Source: an uncultured Gemmatimonadales bacterium
Lineage (GTDB): Bacteria > Gemmatimonadota > Gemmatimonadetes > Gemmatimonadales > GWC2-71-9
Length of the DNA: 64,000 nucleotides
NCBI GenBank assembly: GCA_963828735.1
Contig: CAWHFW010000005.1
Span: 2,112,001 to 2,176,000, forward strand
Direction: 5' to 3'
The position numbers were made by a program, and so were the translations under genes. This document shows positions 27,608 through 37,695 of the stretch, one piece after another (position 1 is the first letter of the stretch; each line of letters starts with the position of its first letter). The notes under the pieces are model-generated. The model was not told the origin of the DNA. It ran no database searches and saw only the letters and a program-made list of their open reading frames with translations.

Positions 27608-28294
27608 TCAGCCCTTCCGGTAGAGGGCGGGAAATTGCCGCTGTAGCGCCTCGAGCTTGGGCTGGTCGTTGATCACGATGTACGGCTGGTGCGGGTGATG
27701 CGTCAGGTAGTCCTGGTGATACGCCTCGGCCTCGTTGAAGCTGTCCAGGGGCGCGAGCTCGGTCACGATCGAATCGCGGTAGATCTTGGCCGCCTCGAGC
27801 TTGGCGATGTAGCGCTTCGCCGCATCGCGCTGGGCGTCGTTCCGATAGAAGATCGCGGAACGGTACTGGGTACCCACGTCGGGCCCCTGGCGGTTGATCT
27901 CGGTGGGGTCGTGAGCCACGGTGAAGAACACCTGCAGGAGCTGGTCGTAGCTGATCCGCGAGGGGTCGTACACCACCAGGACGGACTCGGCGTGTCCCGT
28001 CGTGCCCGAGCTCACCATCTCGTAGGAGGGCGACCGGATCTTCCCACCGGCATAGCCCGAGATCGCGGTCGAGACGCCATTCAGATGTTCAAAGACGGCC
28101 TCCACTCCCCAGAAGCAGCCACCGGCGAACACGGCCGTGTCGACCGAGGCCGCGACCCCGACCGGCGCGGGCTCCGGCGGGAGCGCGGCCGTCTCGGCCC
28201 TGGCCGGCGCCGACTGGCAGGCGAGGAGCGTCATCGCGGAGGAGAGCAGGGCCCCGGAGACGAGGGCGGAGATGTAATGGTGCTGGCGAGGCAT
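27608..28294 (-). CDS. msrA: Peptide-methionine (S)-S-oxide reductase with lipoprotein-like signal
   Basis: FAGGCFWGVE, TGHAE, QGPDVGTQYRS, AEAYHQDY; LLAC lipobox. Confidence 0.95.
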   Translation of the reverse strand: MPRQHHYISALVSGALLSSAMTLLACQSAPARAETAALPPEPAPVGVAASVDTAVFAGGCFWGVEAVFEHLNGVSTAISGYAGGKIRSPSYEMVSSGTTGHAESVLVVYDPSRISYDQLLQVFFTVAHDPTEINRQGPDVGTQYRSAIFYRNDAQRDAAKRYIAKLEAAKIYRDSIVTELAPLDSFNEAEAYHQDYLTHHPHQPYIVINDQPKLEALQRQFPALYRKG

Positions 28295-28361
28295 ATCGAT
28301 AGACCCGATGTTGTTTCCTACAGAACGTCGCCGGTGCGCCAACGGTTCTCAAGGCCGCCGG

Positions 28362-28451
28362 TCCGACCTGGCGAACTGGGGAGCGACGTTCGGGAGCCCC
28401 CAGATCTTCGTTTCGCTGGTGGAGTGGGCGGACCGCGTCATCACCGAATAG
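28362..28451 (+). pseudogene. 3' relic of a DsrE-like gene
   Basis: SDLANWGATFGSPQIFVSLVEWADRVITE*; no recognisable matching N-terminal portion. Confidence 0.5.
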
Positions 28452-28571
28452 ACGGAGTGCGAGACGCTTGCAGCCGATTCGCCCACAGCGATAGGAAAGT
28501 GGGCCGGCGGCGTCCATCGGCGTGGTCGATGTCGGGCCCCGATGGGCCTGAGCGGTGCCCGAGCCACCAAC

Positions 28572-28606
28572 GGGAGCGAGTCCATAACAGAAGGGAGCGA
28601 GTCCAT
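28572..28606. repeat. 14-bp direct repeat, 21-bp period
   Basis: GGGAGCGAGTCCAT at 28572 and 28593. Confidence 0.8.
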
Positions 28607-28789
28607 GCCACGGGCCAATCGGGGAGGGTGGAAGACCTGCTCGCGCGGACACAAGTACCGCGGCCCCGGCGGATGCCCGATCTGATGGAAGGGCAATCGC
28701 GCCACCGGGGGTGCGCGCAGCGGGGCGAGATCAGCGAGGTCGGGCCGGAAGAAGAGGCGGACGACACCGCACACTCGGTGAGGTGAGGA

Positions 28790-29278
28790 TTGCAAGCCGC
28801 CGCGCTCCTGCGCCTGCTGCATGCCGCCCTGGGCGTTGCCTTCATCGCGGGCCTGCTCGGGCGCGCGGCAGCCTTTCGCCACGCGCGTCGCGCTCCGACC
28901 CTGGATGCGACCGCAGCGCTCATGGAGCTCAGCGACTGGTTCGAGCGGGCCCTCGTGATACCCGGCTCGATGCTCATCCTGCTGTCGGGCATCGTGATCG
29001 GCTGGATGGGTCACTGGCCGCTGCTCACGCCTGCCGGGCACCCGACTTGGCTGCTGGTCTCGCTCGTGCTGCTGCTGCCGATGGTGGGCTTCATCCCGGC
29101 CGTGCTGGTGCCGGAGCGGGCCAGGCGGCGGGCGGCACTCGCCGCCGCGCTCAAGGCGGGCCGGCGATCACCCGAGCTGGACGCGGCCCTCGCTAGGCCC
29201 ATTGTGCTGCGTCTCAGGCGGCTCGAGCTTCTGATCATCGCCCTGGTGTTCGCGCTGATGATGCTGAAGCCGTTCTGA
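28790..29278 (+). CDS. DUF2269-like membrane protein
   Basis: LRLLH.. N-terminus, four TMs, LMMLKPF end. Confidence 0.75.
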   Translation: MQAAALLRLLHAALGVAFIAGLLGRAAAFRHARRAPTLDATAALMELSDWFERALVIPGSMLILLSGIVIGWMGHWPLLTPAGHPTWLLVSLVLLLPMVGFIPAVLVPERARRRAALAAALKAGRRSPELDAALARPIVLRLRRLELLIIALVFALMMLKPF

Positions 29279-29314
29279 GTGAGAGGCCGGTCCGCTCGCT
29301 CGTCCGAGGAGCTC

Positions 29315-29803
29315 ATGAAGCAGCCCGCAATTCCGCTCAAGGAATTCGACCTGGAGATGGCGTCGACCCGGAAGCTCCTCGAGCGCGTGCCGACGGAGAA
29401 GGGAACGTGGAAGCCCCACGAGAAGTCGTTCGCGCTCGGCCACCTGGCCCAGCTGGTCTCGTGGATGCCCGGCTGGATCGCCAGCTCCCTGCGGGAGCCC
29501 CACATCGATCTGGCCACGGCCGGGGGCTACAGCTTCGAGACTACCGAGACGCTCCTGCGGGTGTTCGACGGGAATGTCGAGCAGGCACGCACCGCGCTCG
29601 GCTCGGTCGTCGGCCCGGTCCTCGACGAGCCGTGGTCGCTCAGGCACGGGGAGCGGATCCTGTTCACCGCGCCGCGGGGGGAGGTCGTCCGCGGGCACCT
29701 CAACCACCTGATCCATCATCGCGGGCAGCTCACCGTCTACCTCCGGCTGGTCGACGTGCCGCTGCCCCAGATCTACGGGCCCACGGCCGATGAGCGGTGG
29801 TGA
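29315..29803 (+). CDS. DinB family protein
   Basis: WKPHEKS..LGHLA, NHLIHHRGQLTVYLR...PQIYGPTADE. Confidence 0.92.
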   Translation: MKQPAIPLKEFDLEMASTRKLLERVPTEKGTWKPHEKSFALGHLAQLVSWMPGWIASSLREPHIDLATAGGYSFETTETLLRVFDGNVEQARTALGSVVGPVLDEPWSLRHGERILFTAPRGEVVRGHLNHLIHHRGQLTVYLRLVDVPLPQIYGPTADERW

Positions 29804-29836
29804 GCGCCAGGCGGACCGGGCGCCGGGAGCACGGCG

Positions 29837-30232
29837 ATGATTCGTACGAGAGGACTGACCCATCTCGCGCTCAAGGTCCGCGACGCCGAGCGGGCGTTCG
29901 GCTTCTACCGGGACGTCTTCGGCGCCGTCGCGGTCTACCGCGGGGAAGGGTTCGTTCAGGCGCAGACCCCTGGCGCGTGGGATGTGCTGGTCTTCGAGGA
30001 GCAGCCGGACGCGGCCGCCGGCTCGGGCGGACTCGCGCACTTCGGATTCCGCCTGGTGGATCCGCGGGACATCGAGGAAGCGGTCAGGGCCGTGGAAGCC
30101 GCCGGCGGACAGGTCGTGAGCCGGGGTGAGTTCGTACCGGGGGAGCCCTATCTCTTCTGCCGGGACCCTGACGGATATGACGTGGAGATCTGGTACGAGC
30201 TGCCCACGCCCGCCGACCCGCCACTCCGTTGA
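29837..30232 (+). CDS. VOC family protein
   Basis: LTHLALKVRD, LAHFGF, RDPDGYDVEI. Confidence 0.9.
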   Translation: MIRTRGLTHLALKVRDAERAFGFYRDVFGAVAVYRGEGFVQAQTPGAWDVLVFEEQPDAAAGSGGLAHFGFRLVDPRDIEEAVRAVEAAGGQVVSRGEFVPGEPYLFCRDPDGYDVEIWYELPTPADPPLR

Positions 30233-30463
30233 ATCTCTGAGGACCCGCTCTACCGCATGACCTGCGTCCTCCGGCCCTTGTTGGGATGGGCGTGGATGCA
30301 GGTGCGGGACGAGTCGTCAGCACGGTTCCGCTGAGCTTCGCCGCTGATGCGTTCGCAGCCTACGATGCGATCGACCTCGTCGTCGTGCGAGGCATGGTGC
30401 TCGATCGGTCGCCCCTCGCCGCCCGGTGACGGATCGTCGTGTCGCACGCGGAGGCGTCGATTG

Positions 30464-32608
30464 TCATCGCGCCTCGAGCTCGACGACCGTCGCGCGCCAG
30501 ATCGCGGGCAGCCGTAGCCGGAGGCCGGGAGCGGCCAGGGTCGTGCCCGTGACCGGCGCCAGCTGGTATCCGTCCACTGTGACGTCGTACGTCGCTTGAG
30601 GGAGCAACCCCCGGAGCCGCAGCGTCGTAGCCCCGGAGCTCCGCGCCAGGCGGTAGGCAAGTACCACGGCGCGGCGTCCCTCGGGCTCAACGTACTCCAA
30701 CGCCGTCCACCCAGTGGGAGCGTTCCGCCGAGGCGCCGGCGTCAGATGGTAGACATCGGCACCCGCGATGGTCCTGCGAATCCGCCGGTAGAGCGCAACA
30801 TTGGCCGCGGCGTGTTTCCGCACCGCGGCGCTCCACTCCGGGATGCGTCCTGAGATGCCGAACTGCCCGTTCATCGGGACCCGCAGCATGAAGTCCCACC
30901 ATCCCGGCGGCCTGGTCGAGTCGACCACGCCGCTGTCCGTGTCGCCCACCATCCAGTGGTTGCAGATCTCGGGCGCGAACTGCACCGTGCAGCCGTACCC
31001 CAGGGCGACTGATGCAATCGGGTCCACCACATCGGACAACCAGGCCGTGTGGGTATGCGCCATGACGCCGAGGTCGAGCCGCAGGCCGCCGCTCGAGCAG
31101 TTCTCCACCACAAGCTCGGGGTGCGCGGCGCGGATCGTGTCCAGCCAGGCGTAGTAGGCGGTCAGATGATCGTGGAGCCGGCGACCTGACTGTCCGGCCC
31201 GCGCCGGATCGAACCGATCGCCCACATCGATGTTGTAGTCGATCTTGATCCAGTCGAGCCGATACCGGTTCACGAGGCGGTCGACGGTGGCAGTCGCCCA
31301 TTGCCGCACGGCCGGTTTGGCGAAGTCGAGCTGGCAGCGATGCGCGGTGATCCAGGGCTTGCCGCCGTACGGCAGGCACCACTCCGGATGCTCGCGGAAC
31401 AGGCGTGACTCGGTTCCGGCGTTCTCGATCTCCACCCACAGCCCGAACTTCATGCCCTTGTCGTGCACGTGCGTGGCCAGCTCCTCGAGACCGCGCGGGA
31501 ACTTGTGGGGCTCGGGCTCGTAATCGCCGAGGGTCCGCTCCCAGTCGCCGCTGCCGTACCACCCGGAGTCCAGCACGTACACCTCGGCGCCGATCGCGGC
31601 GGCCGCGTCCGCGGCCTGGATCGTGTTGGTGATATCGACCGCCGGCCCGAGAGGAAACCAGGTATTGAACTGGACCAGCGGCGGCTGATTCGTGTTCACC
31701 CGGGGCACCAGGTAGCCGCGCTGATAGCGATGCATCTGGTTTGCGGCGTCGTCCAGGTCACCCTCCGTGGCCGTGAACACGGCGCGCGGCAGGGTGATGG
31801 TGTCGCCCGGAGCCAGCGCCAGCGGACCGCCGAAGTCGTTATGCATGCCGAGGCCGACCTGCACTGGCTGGTCTCGCAGTGCCGCGGCGCCGGTGCCCGG
31901 CTGGCGCTCGACCTGCATCCACCAATTTCCCGACCACGCCAGCTCGGCGACGTACTCGATGCCCAGGGTGCGATTGCGGAGCGAGAGCCAGGGCACGTAG
32001 CCGTTCGTGGCGCGCCCCCGGGTCTGCTCGAATCGGCGCGCCCCGGCCTCCAGGGTCTCGGTCGCCAGCTGCCGCTCCTGCCCCCAGCTTCCCCAGAGAT
32101 AGCGCAGGGTGTAGTCGCCACCGGGAAGGTCCCAGCCGATGCTGGGCAGCAGGGCGACCGCCAAGGGGCGGTCGCCTTGATTGGTGAGCCGGATCTCGCG
32201 CGAGAACACCCCAGTTTCTCCCCACGCGGCATAGCGCACGTCCACCTGGAGCGGAAGGCTCACGTGGACGAAATGGAGCCGGAGCTCTTCCACGCCGTGG
32301 GACGCCGGCATTGAGGAGTCCGATAGAAGCCGGAGGGATGCCGGCTCGAGCGACTGATCGGCCACGACGCCGGTCAGGTCACGGCGTGACGGCTCCGCCG
32401 TGTCGGGCGTTGCGCCCATGCGCGATGTCGGGCCGAAGTAGTCGAACGCGACCTGTTGGTCCCGGCGAAGCAGCCGGTAGGAGACCCGGCCGGAGGTCAG
32501 GGTCCAGCTCCGGGCCGTCGAGTCGTAGGCGATGCGCTGCGCGGCAGCTGGCGTCGAGCAGACCGTCGCAAGGAGCAGCCCCGCAAGAAGGCGCCGGTGA
32601 TGAGGCAT
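30464..32608 (-). CDS. Secreted alpha-galactosidase, GH36
   Basis: FNTW, VLDSGWY, KFGLWVEIE, WIKIDYN, ENCSSGGLRLD. Confidence 0.9.
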   Translation of the reverse strand: MPHHRRLLAGLLLATVCSTPAAAQRIAYDSTARSWTLTSGRVSYRLLRRDQQVAFDYFGPTSRMGATPDTAEPSRRDLTGVVADQSLEPASLRLLSDSSMPASHGVEELRLHFVHVSLPLQVDVRYAAWGETGVFSREIRLTNQGDRPLAVALLPSIGWDLPGGDYTLRYLWGSWGQERQLATETLEAGARRFEQTRGRATNGYVPWLSLRNRTLGIEYVAELAWSGNWWMQVERQPGTGAAALRDQPVQVGLGMHNDFGGPLALAPGDTITLPRAVFTATEGDLDDAANQMHRYQRGYLVPRVNTNQPPLVQFNTWFPLGPAVDITNTIQAADAAAAIGAEVYVLDSGWYGSGDWERTLGDYEPEPHKFPRGLEELATHVHDKGMKFGLWVEIENAGTESRLFREHPEWCLPYGGKPWITAHRCQLDFAKPAVRQWATATVDRLVNRYRLDWIKIDYNIDVGDRFDPARAGQSGRRLHDHLTAYYAWLDTIRAAHPELVVENCSSGGLRLDLGVMAHTHTAWLSDVVDPIASVALGYGCTVQFAPEICNHWMVGDTDSGVVDSTRPPGWWDFMLRVPMNGQFGISGRIPEWSAAVRKHAAANVALYRRIRRTIAGADVYHLTPAPRRNAPTGWTALEYVEPEGRRAVVLAYRLARSSGATTLRLRGLLPQATYDVTVDGYQLAPVTGTTLAAPGLRLRLPAIWRATVVELEAR

Positions 32609-32692
32609 GCGCCTAAGAAGCTGCCTCCCATACCATCGGGCAATACACCGACGGGTCGCCCGTAAGATCGCCGCGACGGCCGGCGCCTTGGT

Positions 32693-32929
32693 TCAGCACG
32701 CTGCCCGAGCGTTCCCTGACGCTCGGGCGAACTCGAAGTAGGCCGCTGGCAGGTTGCGCCTTCGACCCTCGACGTTGATCCACACGAATCCCGACTGCGC
32801 TCGATCCGAAAGCGCAAGCGGGTTATGGGACAGGACGACATGCCAGGTCTTCGACGGAATGCTCGGGTGGTTGGCCGCCAGCTCAGGGCGTAGCCGAGCC
32901 AGTGTGCAGTGATGGTGATGGACACGCAT
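32693..32929 (-). CDS. Small hypothetical protein
   Basis: 78-aa ORF ARLRPELAANHPSI...W...LPAAYFEF; plausible composition, no recognised domain. Confidence 0.45.
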   Translation of the reverse strand: MRVHHHHCTLARLRPELAANHPSIPSKTWHVVLSHNPLALSDRAQSGFVWINVEGRRRNLPAAYFEFARASGNARAAC

Positions 32930-33326
32930 TGTGACCACTCGGGAGGGCGGAGTTGGGTGTGGCAGGCCACGCGCGCGGCCCGCGCGATGACCGGGAAGTG
33001 TTGCCGGCAGACCGAGCCAAGGGAGCACCGGTCGCATGTCTCAAAGTGGGGGCGAGTACAGGATCGCAGCGTGAGCAGCCTCACGCCGAAAGAGTGCCGG
33101 CGTCGACGTTGGCCGCTGCTGTACCGGGCACTCGAGGATGGGAGCCAGGAGGGAGCCACGCACCGGGCGCGAGCTAAGTGTTTGATTTACGCGGACGGCG
33201 CTCGTCGGCGCCGGCTGGGTCTTCGGTCCCGTCAGGCTCTGTGTTCCTCGACCTTCGGCCCGAGGGCGGTTGCCCCGTGGCCGATTGGGCATTAACAATG
33301 CTTCCGTATCAGGTCGGATCAGGACG

Positions 33327-34682
33327 ATGACGACGAACGGGTCTTCCGAATCCGCCGACCCCCTGGTCGGCCAAATACTTCCGGGCGGACTACGGGTCCT
33401 GGCACGAGAGGGCAGCACCAGCGATGGGCCCCTCTACCGTGCTCAATACCTGCAGAACGGGCCGCCCGTGGCGCTGATGGTGCTCCGGCTTCCCGCAGGC
33501 CCCGGCACGCTACCCGTCGGCGTGCTCTCCGCGCGCCCCCCACTGGCAGACCGACGCTGGCAGCAACTTCAACGGGCGTGTCAGATCAGACATCCCAACG
33601 TCGCCGGCCTGCTCGAGGTGAAGGAGGCCCCCGGCGGAGTCGTCTATGCCACGGGCGAGCTCTTGAGCGGCGACCTGCTGGCCGACGTGCTCTCGACGCA
33701 CGGCTCGTTGCCACAACACCAGGCGGTGGATGTCTGTCTCCAGGCAGCTGCCGGCATCGAGGCCGCCCATCGGGTGGGAGTGGCGCACGGGAGCATCTCC
33801 CCGCATACGATCCTGGTCACGGCCGATGCCAGCGACCGACCGTTCGTCAAACTCGTCCGCTTCGATTTCTCATGCTACGAGCGCGACGGGGGGCGGGCTT
33901 CGCTTCGGCCAGGCGACCGGCCGTACGCGAGCCCGGAACGGCTGGCGGGGGGAGAGCCCGACCCGCTCGATGATGTGTTCAGTCTCGGCGCCATCCTCCA
34001 TCTCCTGACGATCGGGTCCCCGCCGGGTGACGACGCGCCGCGGCGCGCCATTCCCCGGGGCCTGCGCCGAGTCATCGATCGTGCCCTCGCGCCACGGGAA
34101 AGCCGGTACCCAACGGTCGCGGAGTTTTCCGAGGCCCTCTCGCGAGCGCCGCTCTCCACGGCGGACGAACGGCGCGGGAGCTTTGGACGTCAGACCTGGG
34201 TGGCCGTGAGCGCCATCGTCGTGGTGGCCGGGCTCTGGTTCGGACGGGATCGCATCAGCGAGCTTTCGGCTGGGGAACCTGAGGAAGTGGCGGTGCGTCC
34301 CGCGGCCTCGGCGGCTGATCCGCCAGGCAGTGGGGCCCGGCATGCCGAGACGACCGCGCCGGCGACCGTCCGCAGAGTCGAGCCGCGCCCGATCCCCGCG
34401 GCTGCCGCTGTCCGGATCAGTGGTCCTCCGTCGAACGGGCAGAAGGCCGATTCCACGCACCGCTCGGGCTCCTTGGTCCTGGCTCCTCGAGATGTCGCCA
34501 CCGGCGCGGCGCTCAGTCCGTTCCGACGATCTCACCCTTGGGCGGCGCACCCGGATGGACGAGTCTACTTCCGGAGCAGCTGCACTCTGGCGCTCGGGTC
34601 GTCCGATCTCCTCTACTTCAAGAGCGACGCCGAGGCCCGGGCGACCGGCCGCTCACGATCGACCACACCCGGCTGCTTCTGA
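33327..34682 (+). CDS. Degenerate Ser/Thr kinase (pseudokinase) with TM and C-terminal Ada-like metal-binding-type domain
   Basis: IRHPNV, YASPE and DVFSLG retained; VALM, HGSISP and RFD replace VAxK, HRDxKP and DFG; tail GRVYFRSSC...YFKSDAEARATG...GC. Confidence 0.75.
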   Translation: MTTNGSSESADPLVGQILPGGLRVLAREGSTSDGPLYRAQYLQNGPPVALMVLRLPAGPGTLPVGVLSARPPLADRRWQQLQRACQIRHPNVAGLLEVKEAPGGVVYATGELLSGDLLADVLSTHGSLPQHQAVDVCLQAAAGIEAAHRVGVAHGSISPHTILVTADASDRPFVKLVRFDFSCYERDGGRASLRPGDRPYASPERLAGGEPDPLDDVFSLGAILHLLTIGSPPGDDAPRRAIPRGLRRVIDRALAPRESRYPTVAEFSEALSRAPLSTADERRGSFGRQTWVAVSAIVVVAGLWFGRDRISELSAGEPEEVAVRPAASAADPPGSGARHAETTAPATVRRVEPRPIPAAAAVRISGPPSNGQKADSTHRSGSLVLAPRDVATGAALSPFRRSHPWAAHPDGRVYFRSSCTLALGSSDLLYFKSDAEARATGRSRSTTPGCF

Positions 34683-34958
34683 GCCGCCGGGCGGCGACTC
34701 GATCTCTTGCGGCCCCACTCGACGGCAGGCTCGGCCCACTGCATCTTGGGAGAGCCCTCATAACTCTCTGCACGTCATCATGGCGGGCTCGATTCTCGGC
34801 GCGCGCAACGTTCGCGGCTGCATGGCTTTAGAAGTGCTGAGAAGTAGGCGACCTGCCAGGGATCCCGCCCGCATCAACGGTGGCGGGGAGGGCATCCTCC
34901 GGTCGCTTGTTTCCCAGATTCGGTGTGACGCAGTCTCGCCCAGCGCGGAGCTGATCGA

Positions 34959-37157
34959 ATGGCTGGAATGATGGAGGCAATGCGGGAAGCACTGGCGAAT
35001 GGCGAGCTCGAAAGCCACGCTGACACCCAGTCTGATAATCAGCCGGGGTTCTCTCTCCGCACGGTATTCCAGATTCTGGCCAGTGGTGCGTGTTACTATC
35101 TGGCGACGCGAATCGCCTGGGTGCTGTGTTTTCCGGACAGCAAGGTATCCCTTTTCTTTTTTCCGCACGCGGTCCTGGTTGCCATTCTGCTGCTCGTCCC
35201 CACCCGGCACTGGTGGGCCTACACGCTGGCCGCCGCTGGCAGTCACTACGTCGCCACGCAGCAGGCGCATTGGCCGCCTCTCTATGCACTGCAGTGCGAG
35301 GCTTTCGATGCCGTGAAGGTTGTCTTGACGGCCGCCGGGATTCGCATGTTCATCAAGTCACGGTTCCATCTCATCAGCCTTCGTGAAGCCATCATCTTTG
35401 TCCTGATCGCGGTGATCATCGTTCCTGTTGTGACGGCCTTCTGGGGGGCCGCCTTCACCGTCTCCAATCACTTTGGAACTCACTACTGGGTCGAATGGCG
35501 CAACCTCAGCATCTCGAATGGAGTCACAGCGCTCGTCCTGGTGCCGGTCATCCTGATTGGTGTCCACCAGCAATTCACAAGTGGGTTCAAGGCCGCACCC
35601 AGGCGCATGCTGGAAGCATGCTTCCTTGCCGCGGGGATTCTCGCGGTCGGATGGGTCGCCTTCAATCGGTCGTATGCGGGGCCGGACACTTCGCCCGCGC
35701 TCCTCTACGCACCCGTTCCCCTGCTCATCTGGGCGGCCCTCCGCTTCGGTCCTGGAGGCATCAGCACCTCCATGCTGGTCATCACGATCCTGGCGATCTC
35801 CGGAACGATGCGTGGACGCGGCCCGTTCCTGATGCAAGCCCCCGTGGAAAACGCGCTGGACCTGCAGTTGTTCCTCCTCGTGGCGGCTACTCCACTGTTG
35901 TTGCTCGCGGTCGCCATCGCTGACGAAAGGCGGTCGAAGGATGCGTTGCGCGTCAGCGAGGAGCGCATGAGCCTGGCGGTGGAGAGCGCGCAGATGGCGC
36001 TGTGGGATTGGGACGTGTCGAACGACAGGCTCTGGATGACAGATGAAGGACGGAAGTTTTTCGGCTTCGAGCTGGACGAACCCCTTTACTACGCATCCCT
36101 GGCCAGACGTGTCCATCCCGACGATCGTGCCGTGCGCGCGACGGCGATCCAGGATGCGCTGGCGAATGGCGGTTCTTATGAAGTAGAGTATCGCATTGTC
36201 CTGCCCGATGGCTCGATGCGATGGATCGCCGCGCGCGGCCACAGCCTGAGCCACGCCGTAAGTGACGCGCCTCCGCGAATCATCGGCGTCTCGATGGACA
36301 TCACGCGGCAAAAGCAGGCCGGTGCGGAGGCGCAGCAGCAGCGGGAGGAGCTGGCGCATCTTTCCCGGGTGGCTTCCCTGAGCGCGCTCTCGGGTTCCCT
36401 GGGGCACGAATTGAACCAGCCACTCACCAGCATCCTCACCAATGCGCTGGCCGGCCAGCTCTTCATGTCGCAGGACCCGCCCGACCTCGTCACGCTTCGC
36501 GCCATCCTTGCGGACATCGTCAGAGAGGATCGCCGCGCCGGAGAGATCATCGAGAGCCTGCGCAGGATGCTGCGCCGCGGCGAGGTCGCGCTGGGGCCGG
36601 TGAGTGTGAATGAGAGTCTCGAAGAACTGCTCGGACTCATGCATGGCGATCTCATCGCGCGCGGTGTCTCCGTCTCGAATCTCGCCACCGCCGACCTTCC
36701 CCCGGCCATGACCGATCGCGTGCAACTCCAGCAGGTCCTCCTCAACCTGATCGTGAATGCGTGCGATGCCATGGAATCGAATCCACCGGGTGACCGCAAC
36801 CTCACGCTCACGACTCTCATTGCGCCGAACGAGGTACACATTGGCGTGCTGGACTGCGGAGTCGGCTTGCCGGAGGATGTTGAGACCTTGTTCCAGCCAT
36901 TCCACAGCACCAAGGTTGGCGGCTTGGGCATGGGGCTTTCGATCTGCCGCACACTGGTGACCTCGCACGGCGGAAGGCTGTGGGCGGAGCGCAGGGCCGA
37001 GCGCGGCGCCGCGTTCTACGTCGCGCTGCCTTTGGCCCCGGAGGAGGTATCATCGACGCCAACCGCCTCGGCCCGCGCCATTCTTCCCGTACCACCCCGT
37101 CCGCCTGTGAGCCGCCCGGCTACGATCCCTTCCGCGCCTGCGACGTCGTCGCGGTGA
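34959..37157 (+). CDS. MASE1-PAS sensor histidine kinase (start approximate)
   Basis: TM region with LIWAALRFG; PAS VHPDDR; HELNQP; QQVLLNLIVNA; GLGMGL. Confidence 0.9.
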   Translation: MAGMMEAMREALANGELESHADTQSDNQPGFSLRTVFQILASGACYYLATRIAWVLCFPDSKVSLFFFPHAVLVAILLLVPTRHWWAYTLAAAGSHYVATQQAHWPPLYALQCEAFDAVKVVLTAAGIRMFIKSRFHLISLREAIIFVLIAVIIVPVVTAFWGAAFTVSNHFGTHYWVEWRNLSISNGVTALVLVPVILIGVHQQFTSGFKAAPRRMLEACFLAAGILAVGWVAFNRSYAGPDTSPALLYAPVPLLIWAALRFGPGGISTSMLVITILAISGTMRGRGPFLMQAPVENALDLQLFLLVAATPLLLLAVAIADERRSKDALRVSEERMSLAVESAQMALWDWDVSNDRLWMTDEGRKFFGFELDEPLYYASLARRVHPDDRAVRATAIQDALANGGSYEVEYRIVLPDGSMRWIAARGHSLSHAVSDAPPRIIGVSMDITRQKQAGAEAQQQREELAHLSRVASLSALSGSLGHELNQPLTSILTNALAGQLFMSQDPPDLVTLRAILADIVREDRRAGEIIESLRRMLRRGEVALGPVSVNESLEELLGLMHGDLIARGVSVSNLATADLPPAMTDRVQLQQVLLNLIVNACDAMESNPPGDRNLTLTTLIAPNEVHIGVLDCGVGLPEDVETLFQPFHSTKVGGLGMGLSICRTLVTSHGGRLWAERRAERGAAFYVALPLAPEEVSSTPTASARAILPVPPRPPVSRPATIPSAPATSSR

Positions 37158-37695
37158 CGTCCGCTCCGACCGAGCCGGCCGTCTGCGTGGCCAGGGCCTG
37201 ATGCTGCTGCACCGCCGGCAGCATGCTCGAGGCGAGCTGCTTGAGCGACTGCACCCGCCCGTCCTTGGCCTCGTCCGCGAACAACCCCGCCATCTCGTCG
37301 TGCTGGCTCACCATCTCCGCCATGTAGTTCTTGTCGAAGGCGGACCGGCCCATGCTGTTGAAGCGATCGAAGATCTGCTGGTGCGGCCGCAGCATGACGG
37401 GCTTGGGATACGCCGCCTGCGTGGCGCCGGCCGCCAGCTCCTCGTTCGCCTTCGTGTAGTCGGCCACCATCCGCTTGCCGAAATCCCGAACGACCTCGCT
37501 GGACCCCTTCTCCTGCGCCAGCTTTCCGAGCTTCACCTGGAGGAGGCCCAGGCTCCCGGTCGTCAGGATGAAGTTGCTGTCCGACGCCAGGGCCGCGCGC
37601 TGCGGGGCGGTCTGCGCGGCGGCCGGCGAGAGGGGCGCCATGCTGGTGAGTGACAAGCAGGTAACCACTGCGGGAGCCAGAAGTTTGCTGATCAT
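37120..37695 (-). CDS. Secreted DUF4142 domain protein
   Basis: LGKLAQEKG...VRDFGKRMVAD, AFDKNY..MV.QH, LP.VQQH. Confidence 0.85.
   Translation of the reverse strand: MISKLLAPAVVTCLSLTSMAPLSPAAAQTAPQRAALASDSNFILTTGSLGLLQVKLGKLAQEKGSSEVVRDFGKRMVADYTKANEELAAGATQAAYPKPVMLRPHQQIFDRFNSMGRSAFDKNYMAEMVSQHDEMAGLFADEAKDGRVQSLKQLASSMLPAVQQHQALATQTAGSVGADVTATTSQARKGS

Noticed and set aside
34758..34830. Possible ADOP-like tail on the minus strand (RTLRAPRIEPAMM)
   Set aside because: Too short and divergent to support without a search.
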